DNA of 64,000 nucleotides from Rhizophagus irregularis. Lineage: Eukaryota. The notes under the pieces are model-generated. The model was not told the origin of the DNA. It searched no databases and saw nothing but the letters and a program-made list of their open reading frames with translations. The stretch lies in the NCBI RefSeq assembly GCF_026210795.1, contig NC_089431.1, positions 2,356,001 through 2,420,000 of the forward strand, written 5' to 3'. This document shows, one piece after another, positions 39,025-51,626 of the stretch. A program made the position numbers and the translations under genes. How positions within the stretch are numbered: position 1 is the stretch's first letter; each line of letters begins with the position of its first letter.

Positions 39025-40687
39025 GATTGTGAGAAAAAAAAGGACCAAAGGATTATAACTAAATAAAAAATTTATCGTCCAATAATATTTGATAATATAA
39101 AAGATAAGAGATGTTGTAAATATGATTTCATCGTTCACGTGATTTATTTAGCATTGAAATAACGGATTTCTACGTAATTCCAAGTTATTTCAATCTGACC
39201 AAATATTAGAACATCTGTTGTTTCATACTAGCCAATTTTTTTTTTAAATTAAATAAAAATAGAAATCTTTGATTAAATTATTTGTGAACAAAAACTATTT
39301 TTGTTTATTTACTTTATAATTATTCTTTTCTCCGAATTTAAATTATGTTGTTTGTTTATTAAACATTGTTACGCAATGATGATACAAATTTATAAATAAT
39401 TAAACATCAAATCCTTGTTTAATTAACGACTTTATTATTTTCTTATTGTTGCTTTTTTTCGCGGAAAATGTTTTTTATAAGTATTCTTAAAATATGCAAT
39501 TAATTTATGATATACGGTAGGACAAAACGGAAAGATTCTTATAAAATAACAAGAAATGAAAATCATGGTTTCACGACAGTGGGGTATATCATGATACTGC
39601 AGAAAAAATTTTCGAAAAAGTGAAACCGGGTGATAAACCTGAAATTAAAATTTTTTATTATTCATTGTTTGGGAAATTTATTAGAACTATTCCATTGTTT
39701 TTCCATGAGGATTTTTTGTTTTCCTAAACTGAAAAAAAATAAAATATTTACAACAAACCACAAATACAAGTAAACGACAAATCACATAATAAACATGTTG
39801 GTAAATTTTTCTTAGAACGGAAATTTTTTCTTCCAATTAAGAGAAAAAAACTGCCATGTCTTGGATTTTTAAAACCAAGATGTAATTAATAAGAGAAACA
39901 TCTCAATTTGAGATTGCATGATTTGCACTTGATAAAATTTATTAAATTTATGCTTATAACTGAGAGTCCAATTATATTAAATTAAAAATTTAAAATATAC
40001 ATAAAAAAAAATAAAATAAAATTGTAAAAATTCCAATTAGTTCAAAAGTAACACGAAAAAAATTGTTTTTAATTCTTGTGAAACATTTTGATCCCCATTT
40101 TCGATGAATAGACCTGTGTTGCTGCGTATAGAACGCGTGAACGCCCCCTTTTTCATAATAAATTTTGATCCCTAGAAGTTATACCTAAAAATTTTTACCT
40201 AATATAGCCTGGTTACTGAATAACATATCCATACATTTCGATACATTCGATAGGCTTCAGCCCAGCCCATCTTGTTTGTATTTTTTCCCATACATGTGTT
40301 CACAAAGTTCCATAAGAATTTTTTTAAAAACCCCAATATTTTTGGAACTTTCTCGTTAACGCTGTGTGTTGTGTTTTCTTAAATTTCCGAATCTCAAACA
40401 CAAAGGCACAGTTCCTGTGTGCTTGAGCAGCTTCTTTCACTCCACACATCTTTTCTGCTTCTTATTACTACTAAATTGTAGTCTAAAATTTAATTTAACT
40501 TCTCATTTCAAAGAAAACCCCAATCTTTTCTTAGTCTTGAATTTCATTCATTATTCTCTTTCGCCATCCCTTTGACTGAAAGCTCGATAGACCACACGAG
40601 CTCTCAAAGATTTTCATTTGAAAGACCAATATCCGCCTTCTTTGCGGTTTTCCCTCGCAAATCGTTACATTATTCACATCAGGAACT

Positions 40688-43600
40688 ATGGGTAAAGTAA
40701 CCGTTGGTGGACATTGGTTAGTCGAAGAAAAAATCGGCGAGGGATCCTTCGGCGAGGTCTTTCGAGGTAAATATCTATTTATCATTACTATTGCTCATGT
40801 AAGCAATTGAAGAGTTCGAGAAAACGAAAAATGTACATATATAAGCTTAAAGAGTTCAGCTTATCATGATACAACTTTTTAGTTTTTTTTTTTTTACTTC
40901 TATTATTATATTAATCGATTAAAAGTAAAGATACTAATATTCTGTTTTCTGTTTTATGATTTTAGCCGTTCACGTAAAAACAAAAGAACAATGCGCTATT
41001 AAACGAGAGCTTATAACCGAGGAGCATCCACAATTACCACAGGAAGCCGAATTTTTAAAGATGTTAGAAGGCCCAAGTAAGTTTTTAAGTTAAAACCTTT
41101 TTTTTTTTATTTACCACATTTTTAACTTAAAAATCGTTATTAATATTTAATAATTAAAAGATTTTATTCCGAAAGTCCATTGGTTTGGACAAGAAAAATT
41201 ATATAACGCGCTCGTCATGGATTTACTTGGCCCAAACATGAGATTGATACGTCAAGCATATGATAAGTTACCAGTCTCCTTTGTGAGTGATATCGCCATT
41301 CAAATGGTAAGTTAATAATTATATAAATCATGAAAACTAAATTATTAAATTTAGAATATGTGCTAAAAAATCAATTACGTTTTCGACATACTTAGGTGAC
41401 TATATTAGAGCACGTACATAAAAAAGGAATTGTATACCGGGATGTAAAGCCAGATAATTTTCTTCTCGAGCGAGATTTTGGAATCTCGATTAAGGAACTT
41501 GAGAAATGGGATTCCGAAAATTCGCCTAAACCATTAGAAGACTATCGTCCTCTTCTTGGTAGAACACATAAGATAAGCCTTGTTGATTTTGGTAAGTTTA
41601 AGATCAATTAATTATTATTATTATTTAAATTAAATTAATTATTAACTAGTTTTACTCAAATATTAAATTAGGCTTATCTACGTTCTACATTGACAAAAGG
41701 ACGAAAAGACATGTACCAAGAAAGCAACCTCCAACAAAGTACAAAACAGGGACTGCTCGTTATGCCGCAATTGGAGTTCATCATGGATTACGTAAGTGTC
41801 AATGATCTTTTTAACGTTTCGTGTGGAATTAAACATCTAAATTACCTTATTTATTACTAGCACATGCACGTCGTGACGATTTGGAGTCTCTTGGATATGT
41901 TATTTTAGAAATGCTTCGTGGAACACTCCCATGGGCTGGCGTAACAGCTCGCAATGCGATAGAAGGCTGGGCCAAGATGTTGAAAATGAAGTCGAACATA
42001 CCATTGGAAGATTTATTTGAAGGGGTTCCTCGAGGATTCATGGATTATCTTCAATACGCGCGAGGTCTAGATTTTGAACAGGAACCAGATTATAATTATG
42101 CGCGTAATTTGTTAATGTCGTACGTAATGAGGACATGAATATTTTTTTTCTTTTTTTTTATTTTAAAATAAAGTCATTCTTTTGATATTTAACTTAATTT
42201 TTTAATTAAATTACAGTGCAGCATGTAATGACGGGTACGATTCTGAACTAGTATATGCCGATGGGATCGAAGATTGTTTTTCATCTCGCCCGATGTCTCC
42301 ATCTCCATCGACTCCAGCAAACGAATTATGCTTTTGGAATGATGCTGATAATGCTTTCCGAGATTTTGATGGCGGATACCATTCAGATGAATGGATAAAT
42401 CATAATGATGATAATGCTGTAATGGCTGAGGTTTCTGCGTGGGACGGGAATGTAAAGGTTCCTTGGTTGGAAGAAAATTTTCCAACGAGAAATTGGCATC
42501 ACCGTTGTGTTGAGGAACAGCGTACTCGGTCTCTAAATACTCGCGAATTGCGAGATTTACAAAGTAGGCGACCATCTGTTCCTTCTCCATTATCGATATC
42601 CATTCCACCAAGGCCTAATTCGGCAATGAATACTTCTCGTGGGGTAGCATCGCCGAATAATAAGTTCGATTCACCATATTATCCAGGTGTTAATGAAAAT
42701 ATACCTTTAGCACCAAGACGAAGCATTCCCAATATCCGCAACACAAACTCCTTAGCGACAAGGTTTCTCAAGCGAAGCGTACCCAATCTTCGAGACCAAG
42801 CTCGTCATAACATCGTTCCTCAATCGTCGAAGAGAATCATGCCACATATGCAAGATAAAAAGGGTAATAACAGCTCTCGTTGTTATTCATTTAAAGATAA
42901 TTTACCTTACTCATCTAGTCAACCCACGACTCCTCGAGAAGAAATTAATAATCCGATGTTGACTCAAAATGTTAAATATTCCCCTCAAGACGCCCGTTTC
43001 TCTCTTAAAGATTCTCGATATTCACCCCAAGATGCTAGATTCAGTCGTGAAAATTTCCGAGGTCGTGAACGTGCTAGCACATTTAGCCAATTCGGTAACA
43101 TCTCCAGACATCCCCCATTACCTTCTTCTCCTTCTACACCATCTCGTCAAGGTAGCAAGTCATATAAAGATTGGGATCGATCACATACATTCACTAACGG
43201 ACATGATTCACCGGTTAGTCCTGGTATACAAAATAATTCACCAAATAGTCCTTATTCTTCTACCAATAATTGGTTATATAAGCGAGATAGGTCACATACC
43301 TTTGCTAATGGTGGCAGACCTAAGGACAATAATTATGGTGGGAAAAATCGTCCAGCACCACTTGGACAGTTGCCTTCTCGAAATTACGTGAATTGTCAAC
43401 CGCAAAATAATTTACAACAAAATTCAGGATATAACAGAAATGGAACAAACAATGTTCAAAAAATTCGACAAAATAATCAAGAAGAGAATTATCCTCCACG
43501 TTCAGTCTCTACAACTCCAACTTGTGGTCATAGACGTTCAAATTCTCAAGAAAAGGTTGATCTAAAAAAACAAATTTACGAGTCTTCAAAAGCTAATGAT

Positions 43601-44110
43601 GAACAGACGGTGACCTCTCCGTCCGTAGCTAAAGCATCCCATCCTCCTTTTTTTGATCAAAAAATCATCAATGATAAGAATCAAAATAGTATGAATAAGG
43701 AGATGTCAAACAATTCCCAAAATGAAAATGGAAACTCAAAAGATGCGAATACTTCAAATGACGGATCTGCAAATAAACAGGCGAACCAGCAACACAATCA
43801 TGTAACTTTTGCGAATGTCGAAGATAATTATTCTTATTATCCTGATAGACCCTCAAATTGTTATCGCAGACAGAGTTTTTCAGCTGTTAATGTTGAAGAA
43901 AAACCGTTTAGGACAAGGAGTCTGACGCTACAAGATTTAAGACAAGATAAGGATCATACAACTGTTAGCGGGAAAAGTCCACGATCAGTTTTGAAGAACA
44001 ATAATCAAAGCGTTACTAACGTAACTCCTAAAGATAACTTTCACTTTCAAGATACTGAAAAAAAGAAAAAGAAGAAGAAGTGGGGGTATTACTACAAAAA
44101 TTACAACTAA
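40688..44110 (+). CDS. Casein kinase 1-family Ser/Thr kinase with a ~630-aa low-complexity C-terminal tail (7 exons)
   Basis: Motifs KIGEGSFGEV, AIK, LVMDLLGP, YRDVKPDNFL, DFGLS, GTARYA, RRDDLESLGY, LPW and LDFEQEPDY. Splices in frame into the 605-aa ORF at 42293-44110. Confidence 0.92.
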
Positions 44111-44997
44111 TTGGGGCGCAGGTGTCGTCCTTTTGCGATTCGAACAAAACTATATATACCTGTTTTATACACTAATTTTATGTTTTTCATACAAAAATTG
44201 TAAAGGAACTTTTTTTTCAATCGCAAAGGCGAGATTTCTCTCTTTGCGATATATTTTTATTCACTTAAAATAGTTTTTAAATATATTTGTACAAAAGCTT
44301 GGATACAAGGTAGCCGGGAGAATTTTTCTTATAAATACTATATATTTTTTAAATATATAACTTTTTATATATACATATTTATCAGGGTTTTAAATGATCA
44401 AAACGAAGGGAATCAACAGAGGAAGCATTTTTTTTTCCTTTGTAATATATACCGCAAAAACTTTAATATTTTTTTCTTTATTATACTTTTAAGCAGGACT
44501 TTTTTGTAACCTTTTAAGCAGTGCTTTTTTTCTTGTACTTTTTTTTTCTTTTTTTTTTTAATTCTTATATTACTTCCTCTTGTTTTTAATTTTCCTTCAA
44601 AAAAATTTTTTGTTTGTATCATAGACTTTTCCCCTTTTTATTATAAATTTTTCGTTTTTTTTTCTCATGTTTTATAAATTCCCCAATCATCAATAATATT
44701 TTCATTATTTGAACAAAAATCATTTAAATTTGTTCTTTTTTTCTTTCATTGGATTTATAAAAAAATTAGTAAGATTAAATTTTGTACCAATGAATGAAAT
44801 CAAAGTAATTATTTTTTAATTTTTCATAATTTTTTTTTATTCTTATTTATTTATTTGTCTGTAATTTTTATATAGTTTTTTTTGTACTTTTAATAAACTG
44901 GCTTTAGAGTTAGTTTATAAAAAGAAAAAAAATATACTCAAAAAATATAATTCATAAAATATTATTAATTTTAAAAATGTATAAAGATATACACTGA

Positions 44998-45053
44998 CAC
45001 GTGGATTGAAATCTTAGCCACGTGAAATTATTACTATTTTTAACAAAACGCGT
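44998..45053 (+). promoter_or_regulatory. Candidate promoter motifs of the PolX gene: two CACGTG E-boxes and one ACGCGT (MCB-like)
   Basis: CACGTG at 44998-45003 and 45019-45024, ACGCGT at 45048-45053. All lie 87-142 bp upstream of ATG 45140 in otherwise CpG-poor DNA. Confidence 0.45.
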
Positions 45054-45139
45054 TTAGCGTTCGTTCAGTCGTTCGCAAACTTTTGTAGGAAATTTCTCTG
45101 TGAAAAAAATAAAAATAAACTTGTATTATTACGGCGAAA

Positions 45140-46983
45140 ATGTTATCAACAATTCGACCATTAACGAGACAAAAAACACACGTACATTATCAACATTATT
45201 ATTTGAATAATTCAATATTAACAGTAGGAACATTAATACAACAGGCTACGCGTTTCAATGTATATTTTCCAGGAAGGGAAATTTCTTATTTGTTCCCAAA
45301 TTCCAAAATAAGAAAAAATGAAGATTATGCGCCGTCATCTATTACTGGTACTACTATTGATAATAAAAATGGTCCAGTTAATAATGAAATAAAATTCGAG
45401 ACTAAGGTATCTCAAAACAAGGACGATAAAAATATAACCGCTAAATCTGGACCGAATGATTTAAATAAAAGTATCACTGACGTATTAAGAGGTGATCATA
45501 TCAACACACAATATTTTCTTATAATAAATACGATTTACAAAAAGGAATAACCAATAATCTTTATTTCAGAACTTGCTAAGCAAGAAAGAGCGGCTGGTGA
45601 TAATTTTAGGGAACGTGCATATTATGCTGCAATAAAGTCTATTGAAGCATACCCAAAGAAAATAGAATCAGGAAAAGAAGCTCGTGAACTTAAATTTATT
45701 GGACCAAGTATTGAAATGAAAATCGATGAAATATTGAAAACGGTGAGTAGAAAATATAGACAATATATTTTGTTTTACGCGTTTCAACTATTTAATTAAA
45801 TGATTCATTTCATTCAGGGTACATGCTCTCATGTAACAGGATATCCTGATAGTGCTGAAAGACAACTATTTAATGAGTTGAACAAAGTACCGCGAATTGG
45901 GTATAAACAACTTAAAAAAAGTAATCGATTAAAATTTTTATGTCAAAATCTATAATATCATATTAATAATTTTATATTATAAGAAGGATCAGAGCGTTAA
46001 AATATTTGAGCAAAGGTTACAAGACTTTGGAAGAAATTAGCAATTGTTCAAACTTACAACCCGATCAAAAATATATTATCAAGCATATAAATGAATTAGG
46101 TGAGACAATTCCAAGATGGGAGATGAACTTATTGCTGGTAATATATGTGTAGACGACTTTTAACTTAGAAAGAAAAATGATCCTAAATTTTTTTTTTTTT
46201 GTAGGAATATATTATGAAACAATTGGATAATCGGGATAATCGATATCTTATTGAAGCATGCGGAAGTTTGTATGTTTAATTATAACAAAAGTGTTTACTA
46301 TATCTGGTCTTTTTCTATAAATAATTTCAATGTATATTTTACGATTAGTCGACGCGGAGCAAAATATTCTGAATCATTGAATATTGTAATTTCACATCCT
46401 GAATTCAAAGAAGATACCACTGAAAGTATTAATGATTTTTTGGAGAAGTTTATTAATGATTTAAAGATCCAAGGATTCTGTACTGAATATTTTCCAAAAG
46501 GATCTTCTAAATACCTTGTAAGGATCTTTAAAATAAAACTATATTCTTTTTTTTTTGGAGGTTAAAAAAAGCGATGAATTATTATATATTTCCTTAGACG
46601 ATTTGTCGAATTCCTCAAACAAATAAAAAAGCAAAACCATATTTACGTCGTAAAATTGAATTAAGGTAAGAATTAATATAAAGAAAAAAAATTTTAATTT
46701 ATATAATATATAAATATTGTTCTCTCTTAATTTCAGAGCTGTACCGTATAAGAATTATTGGCTTACAGTTTTAGCAAAAACAGGAGATGAAGTATTTTAT
46801 AAAAAATTACAAAGAAAATCACTTGAAAATGGTTTTCGATTAAGTGAAACTATATTAGCACCAATAGATCCAAATAGTGGTATGGTTGGAGAACCGTTAA
46901 TAGTTAATAGTGAAAATGATATTTTTAAAAATTTGAATATAAAATATTTAGCACCAGAGTCTCGAGCTTGGAAAGGTTCATAA
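45140..46983 (+). CDS. Family-X DNA polymerase (Pol beta-like, no BRCT) with a non-canonical active site, 8 exons
   Basis: 8-kDa domain (LNKSITDVLREL…AY…YPKKIESGKEA…IGPSIEMKIDEILKTG), second HhH (KVPRIG…GYKTLEEI), IPRWEM, CGSFRRG and the thumb (GEPLIVNSENDIF…KYLAPESR). Seven GT-AG introns keep a single open frame. Confidence 0.92.
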
Positions 46984-47077
46984 CAAATAAACATTAGATC
47001 TAGTTGTTATTGATTAAAGAAATGAATAGGGAAAAAAACCAACCTAAAAATATTAATTTTTACTACAACAATTATTA

Positions 47078-47431
47078 TTAATCAACTTCTAAATTATTTT
47101 TTCTTAAATAATTTATTTTATTTTCTAACTCATTTACTTTATTTTCCATCTCTTCTCGGAGTTCGATAAAAGCTAATTTATACCACATAACTTGTAAACT
47201 GATATAAGTTATCGAACCGATTAAAAAACAATTAACTAACGGAGGCCCATATACATTCCAAACTGTTATATTTTCGTCAATACGTGATTGTGAAAATGAA
47301 GTGTTTGTAGACGTAGTCGAAGTTGATTTTTGTCGAAGACGAAGAAAAACTTGAGTACAAGTTGTAGATGAGGGAAATTGGATTTTACGAGATAATGATT
47401 TTGAATTGATTATTATTCTTAGGGAATTCAT
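47078..47431 (-). CDS. Small probable mitochondrial inner-membrane protein (Ina17-like)
   Basis: R/K/S/T-rich presequence-like N-terminus, one TM segment (YGPPLVNCFLIGSITYISLQVMWYKL) and a short coiled coil. The family call is from recalled pattern only. Confidence 0.6.
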   Translation of the reverse strand: MNSLRIIINSKSLSRKIQFPSSTTCTQVFLRLRQKSTSTTSTNTSFSQSRIDENITVWNVYGPPLVNCFLIGSITYISLQVMWYKLAFIELREEMENKVNELENKINYLRKNNLEVD

Positions 47432-47757
47432 TGTTGTTTTTTTTTGGATATCATACTGATAGCCTTAAATCCTTAACCGTTGATCACGTGACTTTATGAT
47501 TTTCTATGTGTCTAGCAAAATATTTAATAAAAAATATCCTCCCCTAGTCCCTGCTTGAGGACTCCATAATAACTCTCCGACTGTAGTGTAGTCACATTTG
47601 TCAATAGGAGAATTAACTTCTCTATATATGAAATCTATCATGTTACAATTCTTAGGATATATTAAAAATGTACTGATTATGGCACACAGATTAAATGCAT
47701 GTTTAAAACTCCTAAATCTGTAAATATAAAAATTTTATTAGAGATACATTTCAGATG

Positions 47758-48896
47758 TTAACACCAGGCATACATCTCATTTAAAATCCATTCCACATCA
47801 TCTTTACTAGAACTAGAACTTTTATTATTATACCAAGCTAACGAAGGGAGAGATTTTGTTCTTTCAATTAATTCACCTCCCTCAATAAAAACAGTTTCTG
47901 TGAATAATTTTAAATCAGGGTTCCAAACTGTAATTTTTTTGAAATTATAATAACTAGCATACAATTTTGCCTGTCGGATTAATAATTTAGTTGTATTTGT
48001 ATCTGGAGATCGAATCCTTAATATTTGGAGAGTGTTATCGCTAAAGTTATAAGTCCAAAGAACAAATCCAATAACTTTATCTTCCTTATTTGTTACTTTA
48101 GCTCCCCAAATATTAGGTTCTTTGAAGCCTTTAACTTTTGCATAAAATTCGCTTCTCGCGAATGTCCATTCAAAACATTCGAACGTTGGTAATGAAACGA
48201 CTTTATATTTGGTAGAGTTAAAATCGATTTCTTTTTCAATTAAAGAACAATCATACTTAGTAATTTCTTCGATATCCGAATAAGATAGTTGTGTTACATT
48301 AATGGCTTCGGATGTAATACTATCAAAGTTTTCGTTTTCAATATTAAATTGAATTTCTTTGTGCTCAAAAACTTTCCATCCATGTCGACTATAAAACACT
48401 GGACCTACGTCACTATATAAAAAACTAAACCCAACTTCTTGGAAATTCTCTTTTAATTTCTTTCCCAACAATTCCATCATGTAAGATGCATATCCATTTT
48501 TCCTATGTTCTTGTGGTGTAAATACTGAAGCTATACTATAACAATTTTGTTTTTGTAAGGAAGAAGATATAATGAGTGCTGGACGTAAGAATGTTTCACA
48601 TGCTGAAAGAATATTTGTCGTTGTTTCAGGTGTTGAGCGAGGAACTAAGACCCAAACTGTAAAATTCTCAGAAGTAAATGGAAGAGATGCAAGTGAAGTT
48701 TCTCGAGAAAGATATTGTTCTAATGACAAATGAGTTCCCCATTCACCAAAAGAATTCTTGTTTGTTCTAAAGATATCAAGGAAGTCAGTTTAAAGAATAA
48801 CAACAAATTTACGGAAAAATGACAAATTTACATGATGGCTTGTTCTGGAGTTGCTTTAACTAACGTTAATTCTGACAGACTGTAAGTGGACGCCAT
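47758..48896 (-). CDS. GNAT-family N-acetyltransferase (LYC1-like), 2 exons
   Basis: Motifs EWG..LSLEQYLSRE, ILSACET, IASVFTPQEHRKNGYA, LYSDVGPVFYSRHGW and SLPSL…W…NEMYAWC. A short first exon starts at ATG 48896. Confidence 0.88.
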
Positions 48897-49068
48897 AATT
48901 ATTTTTAAAGGGTTTATCCGTTTATATAAAAAAAATTTTTCCTTTTATATTATTACTTTAATTATCAGATTAGATAACTTTTGTGCAACATCAAAAAAAT
49001 TATTAATCACAGTCGATTATTAATTAATGTCAAAAGGATCGGTTTTCTTTTTCTTCTTCCTTGACAAA

Positions 49069-51035
49069 ATGCAATACAATCCCGTCGTAGTTGAACAACT
49101 TATGTAAATAAGATCAAAAACTCTCTTTCATCCATTCCTAGAATTATTTAAACTAACTAAAATTTATATAATTAATTTTACAGTCTTTGCTGTGAATGTG
49201 GGACAGCTATTACTCCAAACCCTTCAAATAAGTGTATCAATTGCATTCGTAATGAGGTTGACATTACTGAAGGCATTCCAAAACAAGCTACTTTACATTA
49301 TTGTCGAAATTGTGAAAGATACTTGCAACCACCAAATATCTGGGTTTTAGCGGGGCTAGAAAGTCGTGAATTGTTGGCGTTATGCCTTAAAAAATTAAAA
49401 GGACTAAATAAAGTACGATTAATAGACGCTGGTTTTATTTGGACTGAACCTCATTCAAGAAGAATTAAAGTTAAATTAACAATCCAAAAAGAGGTTTGTA
49501 TATTACTCATTTACTTCTATTTTTCTTCATATAAATATTTTTGTAATATATATTTCATGTTATTAGGTTTTTGTATCAACAATTTTGCAACAAATTTTTG
49601 AAGTAGAATTTGTTGTGAACTATCAACAATGTGGTGATTGCGCACGTATAATGGCAAAAAATACGTGGCAATCAATGGTACAAGTTAGACAAAAAGTCAA
49701 CCACAAAAGAACTTTTTTGTTCTTGGAACAAATTATTCTTAAGCATAATGCACACAAAGAGACTATAAATATCAAAGAGGTCAAGGATGGTCTCGATTTT
49801 TTTTATTCCAACAGATCTCATGCTGTTAAAATGGTGGAGTTTTTAAATGCTGTTGCTCCTGTCAGGTATATTGTGTTTTGGGCATTTTTTTTTCTTTCTT
49901 TTTTTTATGATCTCGATTATTATAATTAATTTCTAAAATTTGCACTAATCTATTTAAGAACAAAGACGTCCGAACAACTAATATCAACAGATATTCACAG
50001 CAATACATCAAATTATAAGTTTACTTATTCTGTTGAAATAGTACCTATATGTAGAGATGACCTAATTTGTTTGCCACTTAAAGTTGCGCGTTCATTAGGA
50101 AACATAAGGTCTGATGAGTTTGTATTCCTCATAAATCATAATATAAAATTCTAAATGTAATAAATTATTATTTTGTTAGTCCTTTGGTGATATGTTATCG
50201 TGTCGGTAATTCCATTCACGTAATGGATCCAAATACTTTAGCAGGTAATTAACTATTCTACTTCAACAAATCCAATTGTTAATTACTTTATTATTAATAA
50301 CAAATATTTGTTTTCTTTGTTTAGTTTCAGAAATTACAACTTCAACATATTGGAGGAATCCATTCACTTCATTGTCAACAATAAAGAATTTGGTAGAATA
50401 TTATGTCTTAGATGTTGAACCATTGGGCCCAAAACGTGGAAAGGTAATTAAATATGTAAATTCAATATAATTAAATAGTTTCTGTGGCATAAATATATAA
50501 TATTTTTTCATTTTCCATTTAGTATGTTCTTGCCGACATTCAAGTTGCACGATCTTCAGATTTTGGAAAGAATGATACCACATTTTTTGCACGTTCTCAT
50601 CTTGGTGCAATTCTGAATCCTGGAGATACGGCTTTAGGATATGATCTTACATCTTCCAATTTTAACGACTATACTTTTGATACTCTCAATAGAAATTCTC
50701 TTCCTGATGTTATACTTATCAAAAAATCTTATCCACAAAGACGCAGGAAAAATAAGTCTCGTAAATGGAAGTTAAAATCATTATCTAAAGAAAAGGAGGA
50801 AATGACTCCTAGAAAACAAGATGCTGATAAAATGGAAGAAGATTATGAGTTGTTTTTACAGGATTTGGAAGAAGATTCAGAATTAAGACAGAACATTAAT
50901 CTTTATAAATCTAGTAATGCAATGGATGTGGATACTGCAGCTGAAGAAAGTGCAGCCGAAGAGGAGGAAAGTTTTCCTGAAGTAGGAATAGAAGAGCTGT
51001 TAGAAGATCTCACGCTAAATGATAAAGATGAATAA
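49069..51035 (+). CDS. NMD3: 60S ribosomal subunit export adaptor Nmd3 (7 exons)
   Basis: Motifs LCCECG…C..C, VDITEGIPKQ, LESRELLALCLKKLKGL, DAGFIWTEPHSRRIKVK, VQVRQKV.HKRTF and VEIVPICRDDL, plus the C-terminal NES-like IEELLEDLTL. Confidence 0.97.
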
Positions 51036-51626
51036 TAATAGTTAGATAAAATAAATATATATTAAATTTTGATTATAATAGAATCGTTGGAATCAATCTC
51101 CATTTCGTTATTAGGAATGAAATAGTTTAGAATAGGTAATTCCTGATCATGTAAAGTAATTTAAGATGATGATATTTAATGTTATCTTGTTAAAGCCAGT
51201 ACTTGATATATCATGTGAAAGTATATTAACCCTAAGAAGTAAGAAGTGTATAATGACTTTTTATTAATAATAAATTTAGTTTATTGTTATCGTTATGAAG
51301 AAATTAGATTGTCTGTGTTACTGTGTTACCAAGTGATTATATTGTAGGATGGCGTAACGCAAAATTTTTTTTTTTAAATTTGGTCGGTGGCTCCTTTTTA
51401 ATCTCAAAATATAGAATTGTTCGTTTGCCCAAGTTTATAGATCACTTATCTGAATTCATAATAAATTGCATAATAAATTGCAACGGCTTGCTTCGGGTAT
51501 GTTTACGCGATTATACTTTTTTTTAATTTAATGAAAAAAATATTGATCTATTTGAAATGACGTGATTTAAAACAAAATTCTTTTTTCGCAAACGTTGGTT
51601 AATCAAATGGGGTTTACGTTTTAGAT

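Noticed and set aside
42969..43391. 140-aa alternative-frame ORF (and antisense ORF 42189-42611) overlapping the CK1 tail
   Set aside because: Shadow ORFs of a comparatively GC-rich exon, with no motif support.
50109..50140. Hammerhead-like ctgatgag in an NMD3 intron
   Set aside because: No GAAA follows the stem and there are no stems I/III. It is simply the intron 5' end.
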